Source: Myxococcota bacterium (GTDB lineage: Bacteria; Myxococcota_A; UBA9160; UBA6930). From it: a DNA stretch of 64,000 bases. The notes beneath the pieces are model-generated. The model saw only the letters and a list, made by a program, of their open reading frames with translations. It ran no database searches and was not told the DNA's origin. The stretch spans positions 5,248,001 through 5,312,000 of the forward strand of contig OZ245002.1 of NCBI GenBank assembly GCA_965223415.1, in the 5' to 3' direction. The position numbers and the translations under genes are program-made. Of this stretch, positions 22,021 to 34,706 are shown piece by piece. Numbering within the stretch: position 1 is the stretch's first letter; the number at the start of each line of letters is the position of its first letter.

Positions 22021-22383
22021 TCAGCGAGGCGGCGGCCCCATCGGGATCACCTCGCGCACCTCCACCGGGCCGATCTCGGCGTGGGGGCACTGCTTCGCGA
22101 TCTCGATGGCCTGGGCCCGGTCCTCGGCCTCGATCATGAAGAAGCCGGCGATCATCTCCTTCGTCTCGGCGAAGGGGCCGTCGCTCACCAGGGGCTTTCG
22201 GTCCCGGATCTGGACGCGGGCTGCCTGGTCCATGCCGGTGAGGGGGTTGCCGCCGCGCATCCGGCCTTCCCGGGCCTGGGCGGCGGCGAACTCGCCCATC
22301 CGCTTCATCTCGGCCGCCTGGGCCTCCGGGCTCCCCCACTCGCGGGCGGGGTCGTCGACGACGATCAGCATGAAGAGGGGCAT
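22021..22383 (-). CDS. YciI family protein (DGPF type)
   Basis: SDGPFAETKEMIAGFFMIEA and VEVREV. Confidence 0.9.
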   Translation of the reverse strand: MPLFMLIVVDDPAREWGSPEAQAAEMKRMGEFAAAQAREGRMRGGNPLTGMDQAARVQIRDRKPLVSDGPFAETKEMIAGFFMIEAEDRAQAIEIAKQCPHAEIGPVEVREVIPMGPPPR

Positions 22384-22437
22384 CGGTGGTGGTCCTCCAC
22401 GAGCCCGACGATTCGACCCGGCGGAACCGGACGTTTC

Positions 22438-24063
<1,626 letters not shown>

Positions 24064-24080
24064 GAGCTCTCCTGTGGAGT

Positions 24081-24548
24081 CTATCGGATGGCCGGGGCAG
24101 CTTCGGCGCGGGCGTCGTCGATGCGGATCTGGTGGATGGGCACGAAGGGCGAAGGGAGCCCAGCGGGCGGGAAGTAGCCGATCTCGAGGGTCTCCTCCGG
24201 CGTCGTGGGCTCGCCCTGCCCCACCGGTGTGGCCTCGAAGCACAGGTTCACCGCCTGGACCCGGTTGCCGTCCGGGTAGGCGATCACCTGGCGGGCCGGG
24301 TCGGAGTACACGCCGATCAGCCGGCCCACGTCGATCTCGACACCGGTCTCCTCGGCGACCTCCCGGGCGGCGGCGGCCGCGACCGTCTCGCCGGCCTCGA
24401 CGTAGCCGCCGGGGAGCCCCCAGTGGCCGTTGTCGCTCCGGCGCATGAGCAGGAGCTCGCTGCCGGGACCGCCCTTCCAGACGACGGCCGAGACCGAGAG
24501 GCGGATCTCCGTCGGATCGGCGGCGAAGTACGACGTCGTGGACGTCAT
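24081..24548 (-). CDS. NUDIX hydrolase
   Basis: Nudix box [24 protein letters not shown]. Confidence 0.9.
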   Translation of the reverse strand: MTSTTSYFAADPTEIRLSVSAVVWKGGPGSELLLMRRSDNGHWGLPGGYVEAGETVAAAAAREVAEETGVEIDVGRLIGVYSDPARQVIAYPDGNRVQAVNLCFEATPVGQGEPTTPEETLEIGYFPPAGLPSPFVPIHQIRIDDARAEAAPAIR

Positions 24549-24695
24549 CGGCCTGGCGATCCGGGTCTTGCCGCGCACGGCTGCGCCGTGGGGGAATGCG
24601 ACGGGACCGATCGGATGTCTCTCACCCCGAAGGAGTTCGGAGGGTTGTAGCGACCGGCCCGGGGCGCCGCAATTTCGCCCGCCGGAAACGGCGTT

Positions 24696-25730
24696 TCAGA
24701 GCGCCAGGGGCGCCTCCAGCAGGCCCTCGGTCTCGCCGAAGCCCGCCATCAGGTTGAGGCACTGCACGCCCTGCCCGGACGCACCCTTCACCAGATTGTC
24801 GATCGCCGAGAGCAGCACCACGGTGCCCGCGCGCTCGTCGGCGAAGACGTTCACGTCGCAGAAGTTGCTGCCCCGAACACTCGAGAGCTGCGGGGTCTCG
24901 CCGGGCGGCAGGATCCGCACGAAGGGCTCGTCCCCGTAGGCCCCGGCCAGGACGTCCCGCGCTTCGTCCTCGCCGAGGGGCCGCGTCGTGCGCAGGTAGA
25001 CCGAGGAGATGATGCCCCGGACCGTCGGCAGGAGATGGGGCACGAAGGTCACCCGCACCTCGCTCCCGGCAGCGGCCCCGGCCTCCTGCTCGATCTCCGG
25101 CGCGTGCCGGTGGCTTGCCACGGCGTAGGCCCGGGCGTTGCCGTCGAGCTCCGCCATGAGGAAATCCGCGTCCAGCTTGCGGCCGGCGCCGGAGACGCCG
25201 GACTTGCTGTCGACGTGGACGGCGTCGGTGAGGGCCAGGCCGGCCCGCAGGAACGGGATCATGGGGATCAGGACCGAGGTGGGATAGCAGCCGGCGGCCG
25301 CCACCAGGTCAGCCCCCCGGATCGCCTCCCGGTAGAGTTCCGGCAGGCCGTAGACGCCCTGGCCGAAGAGCTCCGGAGCGCCGTGGGGGCCGTAGGTGGC
25401 CTCGTAGACGGCCTTGTCGGTGAAGCGGAAGTCTGCCGAGAGGTCGACGACCCGCACCCCGGCCTTGCGCAGGCCCGCAGCCATGGGGGCGGCGGTGGCG
25501 TGGGGCAGGCACAGGATGGCCGCGTCGGCCCGCCGGGCCAGGGCCTCCGGATCGGCGCTCTCGAAGTGGAGGTCGACCACCCCGCGCAGGGCCGGGTAGG
25601 CCTCGCCCACCGCCTCCCCCGCCCGCTGCTCGCTGGTGGCGGCGACGATCTCGCAGTGGGGATGGCGATGCAGGATGCGCAGGGATTCGAGCCCGGTGTA
25701 CCCGCTCGCTCCGACGACGGCGATCCGCAT
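24696..25730 (-). CDS. argC: N-acetyl-gamma-glutamyl-phosphate reductase
   Basis: GASGYTG, DLSADFR, GCYPT, SGVSGAG, DNLVKGASGQ. Confidence 0.97.
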   Translation of the reverse strand: MRIAVVGASGYTGLESLRILHRHPHCEIVAATSEQRAGEAVGEAYPALRGVVDLHFESADPEALARRADAAILCLPHATAAPMAAGLRKAGVRVVDLSADFRFTDKAVYEATYGPHGAPELFGQGVYGLPELYREAIRGADLVAAAGCYPTSVLIPMIPFLRAGLALTDAVHVDSKSGVSGAGRKLDADFLMAELDGNARAYAVASHRHAPEIEQEAGAAAGSEVRVTFVPHLLPTVRGIISSVYLRTTRPLGEDEARDVLAGAYGDEPFVRILPPGETPQLSSVRGSNFCDVNVFADERAGTVVLLSAIDNLVKGASGQGVQCLNLMAGFGETEGLLEAPLAL

Positions 25731-25752
25731 GGTCCTGTCTCCCTTGTGCTCC

Positions 25753-25786
25753 AAAACGAAACGGGAGGCCCGAAGGCCTCCCGTTC
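25753..25786 (-). terminator. intrinsic terminator after rplM-rpsI
   Basis: GGGAGGCC-TTCG-GGCCTCCC followed by GTTTCGTTTT on the minus strand. Confidence 0.75.
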
Positions 25787-25809
25787 GAGTGCGAACTGCT
25801 GGCGGAGGC

Positions 25810-26208
25810 CTAGCGCTTCGAGAACTGGAAACGCGCACGGGCGCCGCGCTGCCCGTACTTCTTCCGCTCGATCTTGCGCGCGTCCCGGGTGAGGAAGCCG
25901 GCCTTCTTCAGGGCGGCCCGCTGGGCCGGGTCGAGCTTCTCGAGGGCCCGGGCGATGCTGTGGCGCAGGGCGCCGGCCTGGCCGGCCACGCCGCCGCCCT
26001 TGATGCTGGCGGTGATGTCGTACTGGCCGCCGAGCCCCGTGGTGTCGAGGGGCTGGTGGATCATCTTCACCAGGCTCTCGCGCGGGAAGTACTCGCCTAT
26101 GGGCCGGCCGTTCACGATGATGTTGCCGACGCCGAGCTTCACGCGCACCCGCGCCACGGAGGTCTTGCGCCGGCCGGTGGCGGCGGCTTCGGTCTGGACT
26201 TCACTCAA
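25810..26208 (-). CDS. rpsI: 30S ribosomal protein S9
   Basis: [27 protein letters not shown]...FQFSKR. Confidence 0.98.
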   Translation of the reverse strand: MSEVQTEAAATGRRKTSVARVRVKLGVGNIIVNGRPIGEYFPRESLVKMIHQPLDTTGLGGQYDITASIKGGGVAGQAGALRHSIARALEKLDPAQRAALKKAGFLTRDARKIERKKYGQRGARARFQFSKR

Positions 26209-26653
26209 GGACGAGCTCCTCGGGCTTCTGGGCCGCGTGGGGATGATCCGGGCCGGCGTATACCTTCAGCTTGCCGAGCATCTTCCGGCCGAGGTTGTTC
26301 TTCGGCAGCATGCCGCGCACCGCCCGGCGCACGACCCGATCGGCGTAGGGACCGGAGAGCAGCTTGTCCGCGGTGATCTCGCGCAGGCCGCCGGCCCAGC
26401 CCGAGTGGCGGTAGTAGGTCTTCGCCTCGCGCTTGCGGCCGGTGAGCTTCACCTTCTCCGCGTTGACCACGATCACGTAGTCGCCGGTATCGACGTGGGG
26501 CGTGAAGGACGGCTTGTGCTTGCCGCGCAGGATCGTCGCGACCCGGGTGGCGAGCCGGCCGAGCACCTGGTCCTCGGCGTCCACGACCAGCCAGCGCCGC
26601 TCGACCTCGGCGGACTTGGCACTGCGGGTGGCCTGGTGGGCCTGGACTCCCAT
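26201..26653 (-). CDS. rplM: 50S ribosomal protein L13
   Basis: [43 protein letters not shown]. Confidence 0.98.
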   Translation of the reverse strand: MGVQAHQATRSAKSAEVERRWLVVDAEDQVLGRLATRVATILRGKHKPSFTPHVDTGDYVIVVNAEKVKLTGRKREAKTYYRHSGWAGGLREITADKLLSGPYADRVVRRAVRGMLPKNNLGRKMLGKLKVYAGPDHPHAAQKPEELVLE

Positions 26654-26697
26654 GGGTGCGGTCCTCTTCTTCTGGCCACACGGGTGGCGAGCGGTGT

Positions 26698-26726
26698 TCG
26701 ATAGCAAGCCGGCCCCCCAGGGTCAA
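26698..26726 (-). promoter_or_regulatory. sigma70-like promoter of rplM-rpsI
   Basis: TTGACC-17 nt-TATCGA with extended TGn. Confidence 0.55.
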
Positions 26727-26804
26727 GCGAGGGGCACCGGTAAGCCGCCGGGATCCTGAGGGATTCTCGGCTCCGGCCTCCCCTCGGAGCCGCCGGCGAC
26801 CGGC

Positions 26805-27545
26805 TCAGGCCTCTACGCGGACCAGGGTCAGGCCGCGGGCGGGAGCCGTGGGACCGGCGGCGGACCGCTCGCGGGCGACCAGCGCCGCGGCGGCCCAGCC
26901 GGGCTCCCGGCGGCCGAGGCCGATCTCGAGGAGCGTCCCGACCAGGTTGCGGACCATGTGGCGCAGGAAGCCGTCCCCCTCGGCCAGGAGGACGACCTCG
27001 CCGCCGGCGAAGCCCCGCACCTCGAGCCCACGCAGGCTCCGGACCGTGTCGGACACGCTCGAGCCCGCGGCCTGGAACGAGGCGAAGTCGTGGGTGCCCC
27101 GGAGGGAGGCGGCGCCCTCCTGCATGGCCGGAAGGTCGAGGGGCGGGGGCACGTGGTGCCAGCGGCGCGCGCGCAGGGGCGAGGCCTCCCGCCCGTTCCA
27201 GACCTGGTAGCGGTAGAGCTTCCCCCGGGCCGCGTAGCGGGGGTTCCAGCCGTCCGGCGCCGCCGCGCACGCCACCACCGCGAGGTCCGCCGGGAGCTTC
27301 GCGTTCAGGGCGCGCATCAGCGTCGGAGGATCGAGGCGGGTCGCGAAGCTCGCCGCCGCGAGCTGGCCCTCCGCGTGGACGCCGGTGTCGGTGCGCCCCG
27401 CGCCCTTCGCCACCACCGGCACGCCCGCGATCGCGGCGAGCGCGCCCTCCAGCTCCGCCTGCACCGAGCGGTGGCCGTCCGGCTGGCGCTGCCAGCCCTC
27501 GAAGTCCGTGCCGTCGTACTCCACGGTCAGGCGGAAGGTGGGCAC
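26805..27545 (-). CDS. truA: tRNA pseudouridine(38-40) synthase
   Basis: YDGTDFEGWQRQ, AGRTDTGVHA, GTHDFASF, FLRHMVRNLVG. Confidence 0.97.
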   Translation of the reverse strand: MPTFRLTVEYDGTDFEGWQRQPDGHRSVQAELEGALAAIAGVPVVAKGAGRTDTGVHAEGQLAAASFATRLDPPTLMRALNAKLPADLAVVACAAAPDGWNPRYAARGKLYRYQVWNGREASPLRARRWHHVPPPLDLPAMQEGAASLRGTHDFASFQAAGSSVSDTVRSLRGLEVRGFAGGEVVLLAEGDGFLRHMVRNLVGTLLEIGLGRREPGWAAAALVARERSAAGPTAPARGLTLVRVEA

Positions 27546-27548
27546 GGA

Positions 27549-28556
27549 TCAGGCCCCGAAGAAGCGTTGCTGCGCCAGCTCGAGACCGTTGGCGGCGGCG
27601 AGCCGAACCGGGTCGCCGGCGATCCACAGGAGCAGGCCGCGCTCAGCGGGAACGCTCGGGTCGCTCCGCACCCGGCCCACACCCACGTCGTCCGATCCCA
27701 CGCTGGTTCGGGTAGTGGGCGCGTCGCGGCGGTCGCTGACCACCACGCCGGGCGCCTTCGACAGCGCGTCCGCCGCCTCGGCGGCCGCCAGCGGTGCCTC
27801 GGTCTCCACGGCGAGCTGGATGCCGCAGCCGGCGAAGGTTGGCACGCGCAGCGCCGAAACCGAGAGCGGCGGCGGATCCCGTAGGAGGCGGGTGAGGTGC
27901 CCTTCGATCTGCGCCTCCCGGTCCGGGGCGAAGTCCACGCCCGGGGCGTCCGCCGAGGGCAGGCAGTCGAAGGCCAGGGGGCGCGGGAAGACGTCGGAGG
28001 CGTCGGGCTCCTGCTGCTGGAAGAGACCCAGGGTCTCCTGCTGGAGCGCCTCCACTCCCGAGCGCCCGGCGCTGGACGCGGACTCGAGCACGGTGGCGTG
28101 GAGCCGGACGATCCCCGCCCGCTCGCGCAGCGCCGCCAGCACCCGGGCCAGCAGCAGCACCGGGCCCGCGGGCCCCGCCACCAGGGGCTGGTCCGGGGCC
28201 CAGGCCCGGCCGCCGGGGCCAGCCAGGCCGAGGGGCACCTCGCCCCGATCGGCGAGGGCTCCCGAGAGATCGATGCAAGGCACCTCGGCGCGCAGGGCGT
28301 CGCGGATCCACTCGACGGCGGCGCCGGCCGGCGCGCACAGCCACAGCAGGTCGAGCTCGCGCAGGGGCGGCGGATCCACCTCCACCGGCAGGTCGTGGCC
28401 CAGCCACGCGACGTCCTGGCCGAGGGACGCGTCCGTCGCCAGGGGGACGAGGCGCTGGATCGGGAAGCGCCGCTCCTGGAGCAGCTCCAGCAGCTCGCGG
28501 CCGACGTGGCCCGTCGCCCCGACGACCGCGACCCGCAGCAGCTCGGCCGCGTTCAC
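27549..28556 (-). CDS. aspartate-semialdehyde dehydrogenase-like protein (Usg-type, catalytic Cys absent)
   Basis: [44 protein letters not shown]; lies between leuB and truA. Confidence 0.8.
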   Translation of the reverse strand: MNAAELLRVAVVGATGHVGRELLELLQERRFPIQRLVPLATDASLGQDVAWLGHDLPVEVDPPPLRELDLLWLCAPAGAAVEWIRDALRAEVPCIDLSGALADRGEVPLGLAGPGGRAWAPDQPLVAGPAGPVLLLARVLAALRERAGIVRLHATVLESASSAGRSGVEALQQETLGLFQQQEPDASDVFPRPLAFDCLPSADAPGVDFAPDREAQIEGHLTRLLRDPPPLSVSALRVPTFAGCGIQLAVETEAPLAAAEAADALSKAPGVVVSDRRDAPTTRTSVGSDDVGVGRVRSDPSVPAERGLLLWIAGDPVRLAAANGLELAQQRFFGA

Positions 28557-29641
28557 CCGGCGGGCTCCAAGTGACGCAGGACGGCGTCGCCCATGGCCCG
28601 GCAGCCGAGGGTGGGCCGCTCTTCGCCTTCCAGGACGAGATCGCCGGTGCGGTGGCCCTCGCCCAAGACGGCGGTCACGGCCGCGCGCACCTGGCCGGCC
28701 ACGTCCTCGCGCCCGAAGGTGTGCTCGAGCAGCATCGCCACGGAGAGGATCGCCGCCAGCGGGTTCGCCTCGTCTTGGCCGGCGATGTCCGGCGCCGAGC
28801 CGTGGACCGGCTCGTACAGGCCGACCCCGCCCTCGCCCAGGCTGGCCGAGGGCAGCATGCCGAGGGAGCCGGTGATCATGGCCGCCTCGTCGGACAGGAT
28901 GTCGCCGAACAGGTTGCCCGTGACCATCACGTCGAAGCGGGCCGGCTCGCGGACCAGCAGCATGGCGCAGGAGTCGACCAGCTGATGGGCGAGCTCGACG
29001 TCGTCGTAGTCCTTGGCGACCTCGTCGACGACCTCCATCCAGAGCTGGGACACCTCGAGGACGTTGGCCTTGTGCACGTGGGTCACGTGGTGGCGGCGCC
29101 GGCGGGCGGCATCGAAGGCCACGCGGGTGATGCGCTCGATCTCCACCTCGTCGTACACCATGGTGTTGCGCGCCTCGCGGCGGCCCTCGACGAGGGCGCG
29201 GCCGCGGGGCTCGCCGAAGTAGATGCCGCCGGTCAGCTCGCGCACGACCAAGAGATCGATGCCGTCCACCACCTCCGGGCGCAGGGTCGACGCGGCCGCC
29301 AGGGCTGGGAAGACGGTGGCGGGGCGTAGGTTCGCGAACAGCCCCAGCTCTTTGCGGATGCGCAGTAGGCCCTTCTCGGGGCGGGTGTCCACGGGCATCG
29401 CGTCCCACTTCGGCCCGCCCACCGCGCCGAGCAGCACCGCCCGGCTGGTGCGGGCCCGTTCGACGACCTCGTCGGCCAGGGGCGTGCCGTGGCCGTCGAT
29501 CGACGCGCCGCCGATCAGCCCCTCCGAGAGCTCGAGCTGCAGCCCGGCCCGATGCCCCGCCACCTCGAGGACGCGGACCGCCTCGCGGGTCACCTCGGGG
29601 CCGATGCCGTCGCCGGGAAGTACCAGGATCTCGTCCGTCAT
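28553..29641 (-). CDS. leuB: 3-isopropylmalate dehydrogenase
   Basis: [43 protein letters not shown]. Confidence 0.97.
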   Translation of the reverse strand: MTDEILVLPGDGIGPEVTREAVRVLEVAGHRAGLQLELSEGLIGGASIDGHGTPLADEVVERARTSRAVLLGAVGGPKWDAMPVDTRPEKGLLRIRKELGLFANLRPATVFPALAAASTLRPEVVDGIDLLVVRELTGGIYFGEPRGRALVEGRREARNTMVYDEVEIERITRVAFDAARRRRHHVTHVHKANVLEVSQLWMEVVDEVAKDYDDVELAHQLVDSCAMLLVREPARFDVMVTGNLFGDILSDEAAMITGSLGMLPSASLGEGGVGLYEPVHGSAPDIAGQDEANPLAAILSVAMLLEHTFGREDVAGQVRAAVTAVLGEGHRTGDLVLEGEERPTLGCRAMGDAVLRHLEPAG

Positions 29642-29650
29642 CTTGCTCCG

Positions 29651-31201
29651 TCAGATGCCACGGGGGGCGTCGGGCTCGCGGTGGGCCTTGTGGCCTTCGA
29701 GGCGGTTGATGGCGTTCACGTAGGCGCGGCCGCTGGCGACGATGATGTCGGTATGGGCGCCGTGGCCGATCACCCGGCGTCCGTCCTCGGTGATGGTGAC
29801 GGTCACCTCGCCCTGGGCGTCCATGCCGCCGGTGATCGCCTTCACCTGGTACTGGAGCAGCTCGGCCTTCGTGTCCGTGAGCTCGGTGATGGCCTTGAAG
29901 ACCGCGTCCACCGGGCCGTCGCCCTGGGCGGTGGCCTTGCGGGCCTCGCCGTCGACGATCAGCTCCACCGTGGCGTTGGGCGTAGCGAAGGTGCCGCTCT
30001 GGATCACCAGGTTGCCGAGCTGGAAGCGGCCGTCGTCGATCGTGACCGAATCGGCGACGATGGCCTCGAGATCCTCGTTGTAGATGGTCTTCTTCTTGTC
30101 GGCCAGGTCCTTGAAGCGCCGGAAGGCCTTCTGGAACTCCTCGTCGGCGAGCTGGTAGCCCAGCTCCCCGAGCCGCTCCCGGAACGCGTGGCGCCCCGAG
30201 TGCTTCCCCAGCACCAGCTCGTTGGAGGGCCGGCCGATCGACTGGGGCGTCATGATCTCGTAGGTGATCGCCGCCTTCAGAACGCCGTCCTGGTGGATGC
30301 CCGCCTCGTGGGCGAAGGCGTTGTCGCCGACGATCGCCTTGTTGGGCTGCACCGGGATGCCGATGATGGACGAGAGCAAGCGGCTCGTCGGGTAGATCTC
30401 GGTCGTGCGGATCCCCGTGTCGAGCCCGTCGAAGGCGTCCTTGCGCACCTTCAGCGCCATCACCACCTCTTCCATGGCGGTGTTGCCGGCCCGCTCGCCG
30501 ATGCCGTTCACCGTGCACTCCACCTGACGGGCGCCCGCTTGGATGGCCGCCAGGCTGTTCGCCGTGGCCAGCCCCAGATCGTTGTGGCAGTGCAGACTGA
30601 ACACGACGTTCTCGCTGCCCGGGACGTGCTCGCGCAGGTAGCGGATCAGCTCGTGGTACTCGACCGGCGTGGTGTAGCCCACCGTGTCCGGCACGTTCAG
30701 GGTCGTCGCGCCGGCCTTCACCGCACAGCCGAACACCTGGACGAGATAGTCCCAGTCCGAGCGCGTGGCATCCTCGGCCGAGAACTCCACGTCGTCCGTG
30801 TACCGGAGGGCCTGGCGCACGGCCCGGTCCACCTCCTCCAGCACCTGCTCCCGGCCCATCTTGAGCTTGTGCTCCAGATGGATGTCGCTGGTCGCGATGA
30901 AGGTGTGGATGCGCGGGCGCCGCGCCTTCTCGAGGGCCTCGCCGGCGCGGGCCACGTCCGCCTCGGCGGTGCGGGCGAGGCTGCAGACCGAGGTCTGCTC
31001 CAACGCCTCCGCGATCGCCCGCACGGACTGGAAATCGCCCTCGCTGGCGATCGCGAAGCCCGCCTCGATGATGTCGACGCCCAGGCGCTCGAGCTGGCGG
31101 GCGAGGGTCACCTTCTCGTTCAGGTTCATGCTGCAGCCCGGCGCCTGCTCGCCGTCGCGCAGCGTGGTGTCGAAGATCCGGATTCGTTTGTCGTCGTTCA
31201 C
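29651..31201 (-). CDS. leuA: 2-isopropylmalate synthase
   Basis: IFDTTLRDGEQAPG, HCHNDLG, GIGERAGN, AHEAGIHQDG; GTG start. Confidence 0.97.
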   Translation of the reverse strand: MNDDKRIRIFDTTLRDGEQAPGCSMNLNEKVTLARQLERLGVDIIEAGFAIASEGDFQSVRAIAEALEQTSVCSLARTAEADVARAGEALEKARRPRIHTFIATSDIHLEHKLKMGREQVLEEVDRAVRQALRYTDDVEFSAEDATRSDWDYLVQVFGCAVKAGATTLNVPDTVGYTTPVEYHELIRYLREHVPGSENVVFSLHCHNDLGLATANSLAAIQAGARQVECTVNGIGERAGNTAMEEVVMALKVRKDAFDGLDTGIRTTEIYPTSRLLSSIIGIPVQPNKAIVGDNAFAHEAGIHQDGVLKAAITYEIMTPQSIGRPSNELVLGKHSGRHAFRERLGELGYQLADEEFQKAFRRFKDLADKKKTIYNEDLEAIVADSVTIDDGRFQLGNLVIQSGTFATPNATVELIVDGEARKATAQGDGPVDAVFKAITELTDTKAELLQYQVKAITGGMDAQGEVTVTITEDGRRVIGHGAHTDIIVASGRAYVNAINRLEGHKAHREPDAPRGI

Positions 31202-31239
31202 GAGGAGATCCCTCCTGAAGGCGGCTTGTCGTCGTTCAT
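31198..31239 (-). CDS. putative 13-aa bridging mini-ORF MNDDKPPSGGISS
   Basis: GAGGAG RBS; ATG overlaps the pssA TGA and its TGA overlaps the leuA GTG; copies the leuA start (13-bp direct repeat). Confidence 0.45.
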   Translation of the reverse strand: MNDDKPPSGGISS

Positions 31240-32048
31240 GCCGACTCCTCCGGCTCCGCGGGCGGGATCTCCTCGAGGGCGCGCCCGGTCCGCCAGCGCC
31301 AGAGCCACTCGATCGGGCCCGAAGCCACATAGGCAATCCCGACCAGGAAGAAGGTGACCGACGGCTTGGAGAGGATCACCGCCAGGGCCAGCACCATCAG
31401 CACTGTCGTCCCGTAGGAGCCATTGACCCGCAGGTCCTTGAAGCTGCGGTAGGGGACCGGGCTCACCATGAGCACGCCGAGCAGCGCGATTCCCACGCCG
31501 GCCAGGGGCGCCGGCACGTCGAGGGGCAGCCCGCTCTCGCGCAGGAAACCCGCGAACCACACCGAGGCCAGCACCATCCCCGCGGCGGAAGGCGTGGCGA
31601 GGCCCTCGAAGCGCCCGCGGTATCTCTCCGGCGTCACGTTGAAGCGCGCGAGGCGCAGCGCCGCGCAGGCGGCGTAGAGGAAAGCCAGCACCCAGCCGGT
31701 CCAGCCGAGCTGCTGGAGCGCGCCGGCCTGGTAGGCGAGCATCGCCGGCGCCACCCCGAAGGAGACCGTGTCGGCGATGGAGTCGTATTCGGCGCCGAAG
31801 CGGCTGGTGGCCCTGGCCATCCGCGCGACCCGCCCGTCGAGCACGTCGAAGATCCAGGCGATGAAGATGGCGAGGGCGGCCCGATCGAGATCCCCCCGAG
31901 CGGCGAGCGTGATCGACCAGAAGCCCGCCGCCAGGTTGCCGGTGGTAAAGAGCTGGGGGAGCAGCGCGACGCCGCGGTGGGGCTCACTCGCCCCCCGGCG
32001 ACGGCGGCGGCGGCGGCGGCGTCGGACCGGAACCTCGGGCTCGCTCAT
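31236..32048 (-). CDS. pssA: CDP-diacylglycerol--serine O-phosphatidyltransferase
   Basis: LPQLFTTGNL, DVLDGRVAR...SRFGAEYDSIADTVSFG, ALRLARFN. Confidence 0.95.
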   Translation of the reverse strand: MSEPEVPVRRRRRRRRRRGASEPHRGVALLPQLFTTGNLAAGFWSITLAARGDLDRAALAIFIAWIFDVLDGRVARMARATSRFGAEYDSIADTVSFGVAPAMLAYQAGALQQLGWTGWVLAFLYAACAALRLARFNVTPERYRGRFEGLATPSAAGMVLASVWFAGFLRESGLPLDVPAPLAGVGIALLGVLMVSPVPYRSFKDLRVNGSYGTTVLMVLALAVILSKPSVTFFLVGIAYVASGPIEWLWRWRTGRALEEIPPAEPEESA

Positions 32049-32731
32049 GCGCCTTCCCCCTCGTAGGCCAGCTCGGCGATCACCGTGCTGCCGCCCCGCA
32101 CCCGCGCGCCCCGCTCCACCCGCGTCACGCTGCTGAGGGGCAGCACGACGTCCGTGCGGGAGCCGAAGCGGATCAGTCCGTAGCGTACGCCCCGCTCGAG
32201 CCACTCGCCGATCTCGGGCTGGCAGAGGATGCGCCGGGCGATCAGGCCGGTGATCTGCACCACGCCAACCCGCCGGCCGTCGGCCATCTCCAGGGTCATG
32301 GCGCAGCGGACGTTGCGGGTCTCTGCGTCCCGGTTGAAGGCCGCCAGGTAGGCATCGCCGGACCGCTCCAGGGAGACGACCCGGCCGGCCACCGGCGCAC
32401 GGTTCACGTGAACGTTGAAGACCGAGAGGAAGATGCCGATGCGCAAGGCCTTTTCGCCGCCCGGCGTTTCGATCTCCCCGACCTCGAGGACGCGCCCGTC
32501 GGCGGGTGCCACGACCCGGTGCTCGCCCTCCGGGATGTCCCGGCCCGGGTTCCGGAAGAAGGCGGCGACGAAGAGCCCCAGGCCCCCGAACAGCCCCGCC
32601 ACGAGCGCTGAGCCCGCGCCCCAGGCGAAGCCCGAGATCAGGAAGAGCGGGATCGCGAAGCGGTAGACGTCCGGCGCGAACCAGGCGGTCAGTCGCTCGT
32701 CGAAGCGCTGCGGCTCTGGCTGCGTCGTCAC
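32045..32731 (-). CDS. psd: phosphatidylserine decarboxylase (short type)
   Basis: FFRNP, APADG, IFLSVFNVHVNRAP, QITGLIARRI, self-cleavage motif RFGSRTD. Confidence 0.95.
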   Translation of the reverse strand: MTTQPEPQRFDERLTAWFAPDVYRFAIPLFLISGFAWGAGSALVAGLFGGLGLFVAAFFRNPGRDIPEGEHRVVAPADGRVLEVGEIETPGGEKALRIGIFLSVFNVHVNRAPVAGRVVSLERSGDAYLAAFNRDAETRNVRCAMTLEMADGRRVGVVQITGLIARRILCQPEIGEWLERGVRYGLIRFGSRTDVVLPLSSVTRVERGARVRGGSTVIAELAYEGEGA

Positions 32732-32732
32732 G

Positions 32733-33755
<1,023 letters not shown>

Positions 33756-33880
33756 GGGGGTGGGTTCTCCGTGGGGGCGCAGCCGGGTGGAAGGGGCTCC
33801 GCCTACGCTCTCGTGCGTCCCGCCGGCCTTCCGCCTCCGGAACGACGCGCTTACGGGTCCTGGGCCGCGCCGAAGGGGCG

Positions 33881-33909
33881 AGGCTACGAAAGCCCCGGAG
33901 GGGTGTCAA
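33881..33909 (-). promoter_or_regulatory. sigma70 promoter of the ilvC-leu operon
   Basis: TTGACA-17 nt-TAGCCT on the minus strand. Confidence 0.75.
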
Positions 33910-33935
33910 AACCGGCCTCGGAGCCAGCCCCCTGG

Positions 33936-34703
33936 TCAGACGAGGGCCTGTCCGGTGCGCTTCGCCTCGGCCTCGGCCCTGCGCAGGTAGCGGGGCAGGA
34001 GCTCGGCCGCGGACACCGCGTGGCCCGCGACAAAAGCCGCCAGGCCCAGCTCCGCGACCCGCGCGGCCCGCGCCACCACGCCGGGCAGGAGCCGCAGCGA
34101 GGGGAGGCCCGCCTCGGCCAGCCTCGACGCAGCCGGGCCCGCGTCCTCACCGACCACGATCGTCGTGTCCGCCGGGAGACGTGCCGCCAGCACCTCCGGA
34201 TCGTAGACGCTCTCCTCCACCAGCGGCTCGCCCAGGGCGTCCGCACCGGACCAGGCGCCTGCGTACAGCTCGCCGCGGCGGGCGTCGAGCAGGGCGGCCA
34301 CCGGGCCCGGCGCACCGCGGGCGGCCCGGGCCAGGGCCGCCAGGCTCGACACCGCCACGACCGGCGGGCCGCCGCCCAGGGCGAGGCCCTTGGCGGTGGC
34401 GATGCCGATGCGCAGGCCCGTGAAGGAGCCGGGCCCGGCCGAGACCGCGATGGCGTCCAGGTCGTCCGGCGTGGCGCCCGCCTCGCCGAGCACCGCGTCG
34501 ATCGTCGGCAGCAGCCGCTCCGAGTGCACCCGGGGGCCCTCGGTCGCCACCTCCGCCACGAGCCGCGGCCCGTCGGCGAGCGTCACGCCCATCACCCGCG
34601 TCGACGTCTCGATCGCGAGCAGCAAAGGGCCCTCACCGCGGGGCGGGGGGCGGTTCGAGCGGCCCGCCTCGGTGCGATGCCGCGGCCGGCCGCGCTCGGC
34701 CAT
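33936..34703 (-). CDS. tsaB: tRNA t6A biosynthesis protein TsaB
   Basis: LAIETST, HSERLLP, GPGSFTGLRIG, DARRGELY, PRYLR; exact start uncertain. Confidence 0.93.
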   Translation of the reverse strand: MAERGRPRHRTEAGRSNRPPPRGEGPLLLAIETSTRVMGVTLADGPRLVAEVATEGPRVHSERLLPTIDAVLGEAGATPDDLDAIAVSAGPGSFTGLRIGIATAKGLALGGGPPVVAVSSLAALARAARGAPGPVAALLDARRGELYAGAWSGADALGEPLVEESVYDPEVLAARLPADTTIVVGEDAGPAASRLAEAGLPSLRLLPGVVARAARVAELGLAAFVAGHAVSAAELLPRYLRRAEAEAKRTGQALV

Positions 34704-34706
34704 CGG

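Noticed and set aside
29634..29654. TGACGGA repeat at the leuA/leuB junction as another bridge ORF
   Set aside because: The period is 13 bp (1 mod 3) and the first copy has CTG, not a usual start codon; at most a decayed duplication.
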